Assembly (NCBI GenBank): GCA_965178125.1
Contig: OZ237735.1
Span: forward strand, 186,001-250,000
Direction: 5' to 3'
Length of the DNA stretch: 64,000 bases
Source of the DNA: Bilabrum cf. latius
Taxonomy: Eukaryota
In this document: positions 59,789-64,000 of the stretch, one piece after another
Position numbering within the stretch: the first letter of the stretch is position 1
Layout: every line of letters starts with the position of its first letter
The notes under the pieces: model-generated
Database searches by the model: none
The model's input: only the letters and a program-made list of their open reading frames with translations
What the model was told of the DNA's origin: nothing
Translations under genes and position numbers: made by a program

Positions 59789-61612
59789 ATGCTCCCACAA
59801 AAGCGAGGGCGTGTCGATGGAAATACAAATACGGGACATGCGCGAGAAAATTCTTCCTAGCCGTCGTCCGGAGCGGCTCAGGACCATTCCGGGTCCAAAC
59901 GGCATCGCTCCGAATCCGGGGCGAGCGGGCGCTCGTCCGGCGGAAATTAGGCTGGATAGAATGAAACTAGTCAGGCGCAGCAAGTAGCCGCTGCTGCGGC
60001 ACGGCGAGCCGCCGCCGCGGCGCGGAGCGCCGGGAGAAAGAGCTAGCTGGACCAGCTCGCGAACGCGGCGGAACGGGTGAGCGCCGCAGAGTCTAGCACG
60101 CACGGGCGGCGCTCCGCATCGGCGAGAGCGATTGCTTCTGCGTACGGAAGCGAGGCTCCCACTCACGTGACCAGGGCCTCCACGGGCTCGCTGCAGCAGA
60201 CGAGGATCAGCCGGAGCTACCTCGACGAGCAGCAGGCGCCGGAGCCTCCCTCGGCCCAGCCGCAGCGCGGCCGCAACGCCGGCGCGGCGGCGGCCGCGGC
60301 CGCCGCCGCGGCTGCCGCCGCTGGCGCGGTAGCGGCGCGCCAGGCGCGGCAGACCTCCTCAGGCGGCGGGGGCTCGGCCGTGACCATGCCGAGCCTCTCG
60401 CGCATCCCGGCCGCCCCGATGCCGCCCCCCGGCAGCGGCGGCAGGCATCATGGCTCCTCGTCCTCCGCGGGGCAGCAGGGCGGCGCGGACGCCGACGCGG
60501 ACGCGGCGGCCCTCCGGCGGCGCGGGCGTCCCCGCGGGAGCAAGATCGCGGACGGCACGACGTGCCCCCAGTGCCAGAAGCCCTTCAGCACGCACTCCAA
60601 CCTGATCAAGCACATCCGGGCGGTCCACGAGAAGAAGCGCAAGTTCGAGTGCCCCAAGTGCAAGAAGCGCTTCGCGCAGCACATCGACATGGCCAGGCAC
60701 GTGGACGCCGTGCACAACCAGATCAAGGCCTTCCGGTGCCCGCTGTGCGACAAGGGCTTCGGGTACTCGAGCAACCTCAACAAGCACGTCGAGGCGGTGC
60801 ACAAGGAAAAGGTAGAGGTGCGCAGGGGCAAGGGGAAGCGGGCCGAGTTCGTGCGCAAGGACACGGGGGAGAAGCTGCCCATGCCCGTGGGCGCCGCGGC
60901 CACCATCACCACGGACCCGCTGCGCAAGCCGGCCCCCGTGTGGAACTCGGACGAGGGCAAGGCGCTGAATGTGGGCAAGCTCGACCTGTCCACCCCGGCG
61001 GGGGCGGCCGCCAGCGCGGCGCAGATCGCGGCGGCGCGGGCGGCCGGCCGCTCGACCTCCTCGAGCTCGTCCTCCTCCTCGTCCTCCTCCGCCATGGGGG
61101 GCGGAGCCAACAACGCCGCGGCGTCGGCGGCCCTCGTGGCGGCCATGGCGGCGTCGGGCGGCAGCAGCGGGCTGACCGGCCTGCCGCACTCGTCACACGC
61201 GTCCAACCCCCAGTTCGCGGCGGCCGCGGCGGCTGCGGCGGCCGCGGCTGCTCGTCACACCAAGGCCCGAGCGGCCGAGACGGCGGCCCGGCAGGCGGCC
61301 AAGAACGCCGCGGCGGCGTCCCAGCGGCAGCAGCAGCAGCAGCAGTCGTCGTCTTCGCTGGGGGGAGAAGGAGGGGTGTTGTCGTCTGGGTCGAGCCGCC
61401 TCCTCAGCATGCCGCCCCCGCAGTCGCAGACGGGCGTCAGGGCAGAAGGGATGGTCCCCGTGGTGGGGGCGGGGTCCTTGTCGATGCCCCCTCCCTCCGG
61501 GGCGGGGTCCTCCTCCTCCTCGGCGGCCCAGTCCAGGGTGGTGGACGTGGCAGCGGCGGGCGCGGCGATGGGGGCGAGGGCCGTGGAGGAGCAGGTCGCC
61601 AGGGAGTTCTGA
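59789..61612 (+). CDS. AT-hook + 3x C2H2 zinc-finger transcription factor, ~607 aa
   Basis: ATG 59789 is reached by reading through TAGs at 59858, 59948, 59957 and 60044. AT-hook RRRGRPRG, three fingers (CPQC, CPKC, CPLC), and A/S/Q-rich tracts. Ends TGA. Confidence 0.82.
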
Positions 61613-61891
61613 TGAGAGGGTGAGGGGCGATGGGGGCGAGGGCCGTGGAGGAGCAGGTCGCCAGGGAGTTCTGGTGAGTGGGTGAGGGGCCACTCGGTGA
61701 CACCCCGCGCCACCGCGTGTGGCACAAGTAGCTGGGGGGGCCTTGGGCCAGGGGTCTTGGATGGCCGCCCAGTCCGCGGTGCGGCCCGAGGCTGCGGGCG
61801 GCCGTGTCGCTGCTCCGACTGCTGGCACGCCTGTTCTGGTTTGCTGCCGAATGAAATGTACCTGACCAAACTGAATGGATTCTACGTTTCA

Positions 61892-62473
61892 TCATTCGTT
61901 TTGAATGGCTCTGCAGCGCTCGCGCCGTCTGGCCGGGCCGAAACGAAAAATGGGATCTGCAAGCCTCCACCCGCCCCTCGTGCGCTGCAGGAACCGGACC
62001 TTGGCCCCCGGGCTCAGCACCCGCAGGTGCGTGGACGCCACCAGCTCCGCGCCCCCGCCCAGCGCGTGCCCCTCCACGAGCGACACCGTGGGGATGCACA
62101 GCCCGCGCAGCCGGTCCAGCGCCCGCGTCATCACCCGGCTCATCGCGTCGCCCACCTCCGGGGTCGGGCCCACCGAGGATAGGTCGGCGCCCGAGCAGAA
62201 CGTGCCGTCGGCGCCGCGGAGCACGACGGCCCGCGGGTGCAGCCGGCCGACGGCGCCCAGGTCCGTGGCAGAGGCGCACTCTGCGAGCGCATCGATGATG
62301 CCATCCAGCTCGCACATCATGGATCCGCTGATGGCGTTCTTCCGGCGCGGGTTGCACAGGCAAAGCACAACTGCAACCGACGGCAGCTGCTTGCGGGGTC
62401 CGGCGAGCCACGCGACCCTGTACCCGCGCACGGTGCCCCCTGCGAGAGACCGCAGCACGCTGCGATGCGCCAT
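61892..62473 (-). CDS. Enoyl-CoA hydratase/crotonase-fold protein (ECHDC1-like); C-terminus unresolved
   Basis: NPRRKNAISGSMM, FCSGADL, PTVSLVEGHALGGGAEL, AKVRFLQ. Similarity ends near 61975, so the gene is truncated or has a further exon I could not place. Confidence 0.7.
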   Translation of the reverse strand: MAHRSVLRSLAGGTVRGYRVAWLAGPRKQLPSVAVVLCLCNPRRKNAISGSMMCELDGIIDALAECASATDLGAVGRLHPRAVVLRGADGTFCSGADLSSVGPTPEVGDAMSRVMTRALDRLRGLCIPTVSLVEGHALGGGAELVASTHLRVLSPGAKVRFLQRTRGGWRLADPIFRFGPARRRERCRAIQNE

Positions 62474-62638
62474 CGAGCAAAAGGGGGGATGGAAACGGTG
62501 GGGGGGGGGGCAGTTGCCAGGGATGGGGGAAACCTCGATGGGCTGGGTGGTCCCGGATGGGAAGCGGCGTCTACGACCGGTGCTGCCTGTGATTGCGCGT
62601 GGTGGTCTGGATGCGGTGCGCAGGCCCGATCACCACAA

Positions 62639-62715
62639 GCCCTCTTAGCTCAGTCGGTAGAGCGGACGACTCTTAATCGTCAGGCCGCTGGTGAGAGCGT
62701 CGGCGGTGGACGCCA
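62639..62715 (+). pseudogene. Degenerate tRNA-Lys(CTT)-like sequence
   Basis: D-arm TAGCTCAGTCGGTAGAGC and anticodon stem-loop GACGA-CTCTTAA-TCGTC are intact. The T-loop lacks TTCGA and the acceptor stem has mismatches. It ends in CCA. Confidence 0.7.
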
Positions 62716-62739
62716 TGGACAGGTCAGAACGAAGCATAT

Positions 62740-63206
62740 GATCAGCGCGAACGTCTCTGAGTTCTTCTCGGTGGAGGTGCATTTGAAACCACGCAGCTCT
62801 GACGCCCGCACCCCTGCCTCTTGCACTGCTGGGCGAAAAGGCCTCCGCCGGTGGAGGAAGGCCGACGCAAGCTTTGCGCTCTGATCTGCGGCGGAAAGCA
62901 GGCGAACCATGTCTGTGTAGCCGCCCCCAGAACATCAGGCAACTTGGCTCGAAGCAAGCAATCGGTCGTGCTGCCAAAGAGTCTTGGCCCCAAGACCCGG
63001 ACGGGCACCCCGCCTGGCAGCATTGGCCACCAGCAGCCCGCCGGGCCAGTGGCAGGGCTCCCTCCGCAGGGCCGGCCAGGAGCAACGCAAACGATCAGCG
63101 CGAACGTCTCTAAGAGTTCCTCTCGGTGGAGAAGCATTTGAAACCATGCAACTCCTACGCCCGCACCCCTGCCTCTTGCGCTGCTGAGCGAAAAGGCCTC
63201 CGCCGG
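62740..63206. repeat. Pair of ~112-bp diverged direct repeats (62740-62851 and 63093-63206)
   Basis: GATCAGCGCGAACGTCTCT...GCATTTGAAACCA...CGCCCGCACCCCTGCCTCTTGC...GCGAAAAGGCCTCCGCCGG occurs twice. Confidence 0.9.
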
Positions 63207-63475
63207 CCTCAGGGGGAGCCTCACCTCTCGTGCGCGCTCTAGGATTGCACTGTACTTGCACGCAATCCCAAAATAAGTTTTCTCTGCATAATTCCATTTT
63301 CTTTTTGTGAAGCAAAGTCGCCACCGCCCGCGCGGCACGGCTGTGCACGTGGGCCCCCCCCCTCTCGCAGCCGGCCCCTGTCTGCCACGTCCTCCACCCA
63401 CCCCCTACTGGCCCGGACTGGGCTGGCCTGGGCTGGCCTGGCATCGTGCCTTCTCCTCGGCATGTGGCGCAAGAC

Positions 63476-64000
63476 TCACAGCCGGCCCGCCTCCCGCAAA
63501 GCCTCCAGGTTGGCCTCCCCTCCCCACAGCGACAGGAACGCCTCCCTCTCCCCGTCGCTGCTCTCCTGCTCCCCGCGCTGCCGTTCCCTGCCGGACCCGC
63601 CCACCATCGACCGCTCCCGCCCCCTCCTGCCTCCCCTGGCCGCCGCCTCGATGGCTCGCATGGCCCCCCACAGGGGGGCGGGGTGCGACCCCGGGCCCCC
63701 CAGCAGCCGGTCCAGCTCGGCACGCACCGCCGCTGGCAGCAGAGCGTCCGCCATGCCGCCGCCGCTGCCGATGTCCCCCGCCCGCCCGCCCGCGGCACTG
63801 CCGCCGGAAGCACCACCGGTGCTCGGCAGCCTCGAGGAGGAGGAGGAGGAGGGGGCTGGTGCTGCTGCCAGCGGTGCTGCTGCTCGTGCTGCTGCTGCGT
63901 CGTCGGTCCCTGCCGCCGCCGACAGCAGCGCCTCCCCGCCCCCATCGCTCTCCCGCGCCGACGACCCCGCCCGCTCTCCTCTTCCTCCCGCTCCATCGCC
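63476..64000 (-). CDS. Part of an unknown low-complexity protein entering from beyond the window
   Basis: Open frame from the window edge to TGA at 63476, A/G/S-rich like the neighbouring genes. The TGA overlaps GTGAGT, so it may instead be an intron donor. Confidence 0.45.
   Translation of the reverse strand, partial: GDGAGGRGERAGSSARESDGGGEALLSAAAGTDDAAAARAAAPLAAAPAPSSSSSSRLPSTGGASGGSAAGGRAGDIGSGGGMADALLPAAVRAELDRLLGGPGSHPAPLWGAMRAIEAAARGGRRGRERSMVGGSGRERQRGEQESSDGEREAFLSLWGGEANLEALREAGRL

Noticed and set aside
62639-62715. The tRNA-like sequence as the UAG-decoding tRNA
   Set aside because: The anticodon loop CTCTTAA gives CTT (Lys), not CTA, and the T-arm and acceptor stem are degenerate.

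Overview
Very GC-rich, gene-dense eukaryotic (protist-like) nuclear DNA with short GT-AG introns near gene 5' ends and intergenic gaps of about 100-500 bp. The main result is a non-standard nuclear genetic code. The fragmented ORF track joins into full-length proteins if TAG is read as sense. By hand I count 65 in-frame TAG codons in 8 genes, no in-frame TAA or TGA in their exons, and every confident gene ends in TGA. Sequence context points to TAG=Gln. Genes under this code: VPS9-domain GEF, long-prodomain papain-family protease, WASHC4, a tandem block of hypervariable C2H2 zinc-finger genes alternating with secreted clan GH-A glycosidases, a PhoD-TM-AnmK fusion, an FG-GAP type I membrane protein, a Patched/NPC1-like SSD protein, TBCE, glycogen debranching enzyme, a ~4,720-aa LRR/IQ/MORN/dynein-stalk-like protein, an AT-hook C2H2 factor, an ECHDC1-like crotonase, and a degenerate tRNA-Lys(CTT). 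All family calls come from motif recognition and manual translation, not database searches.
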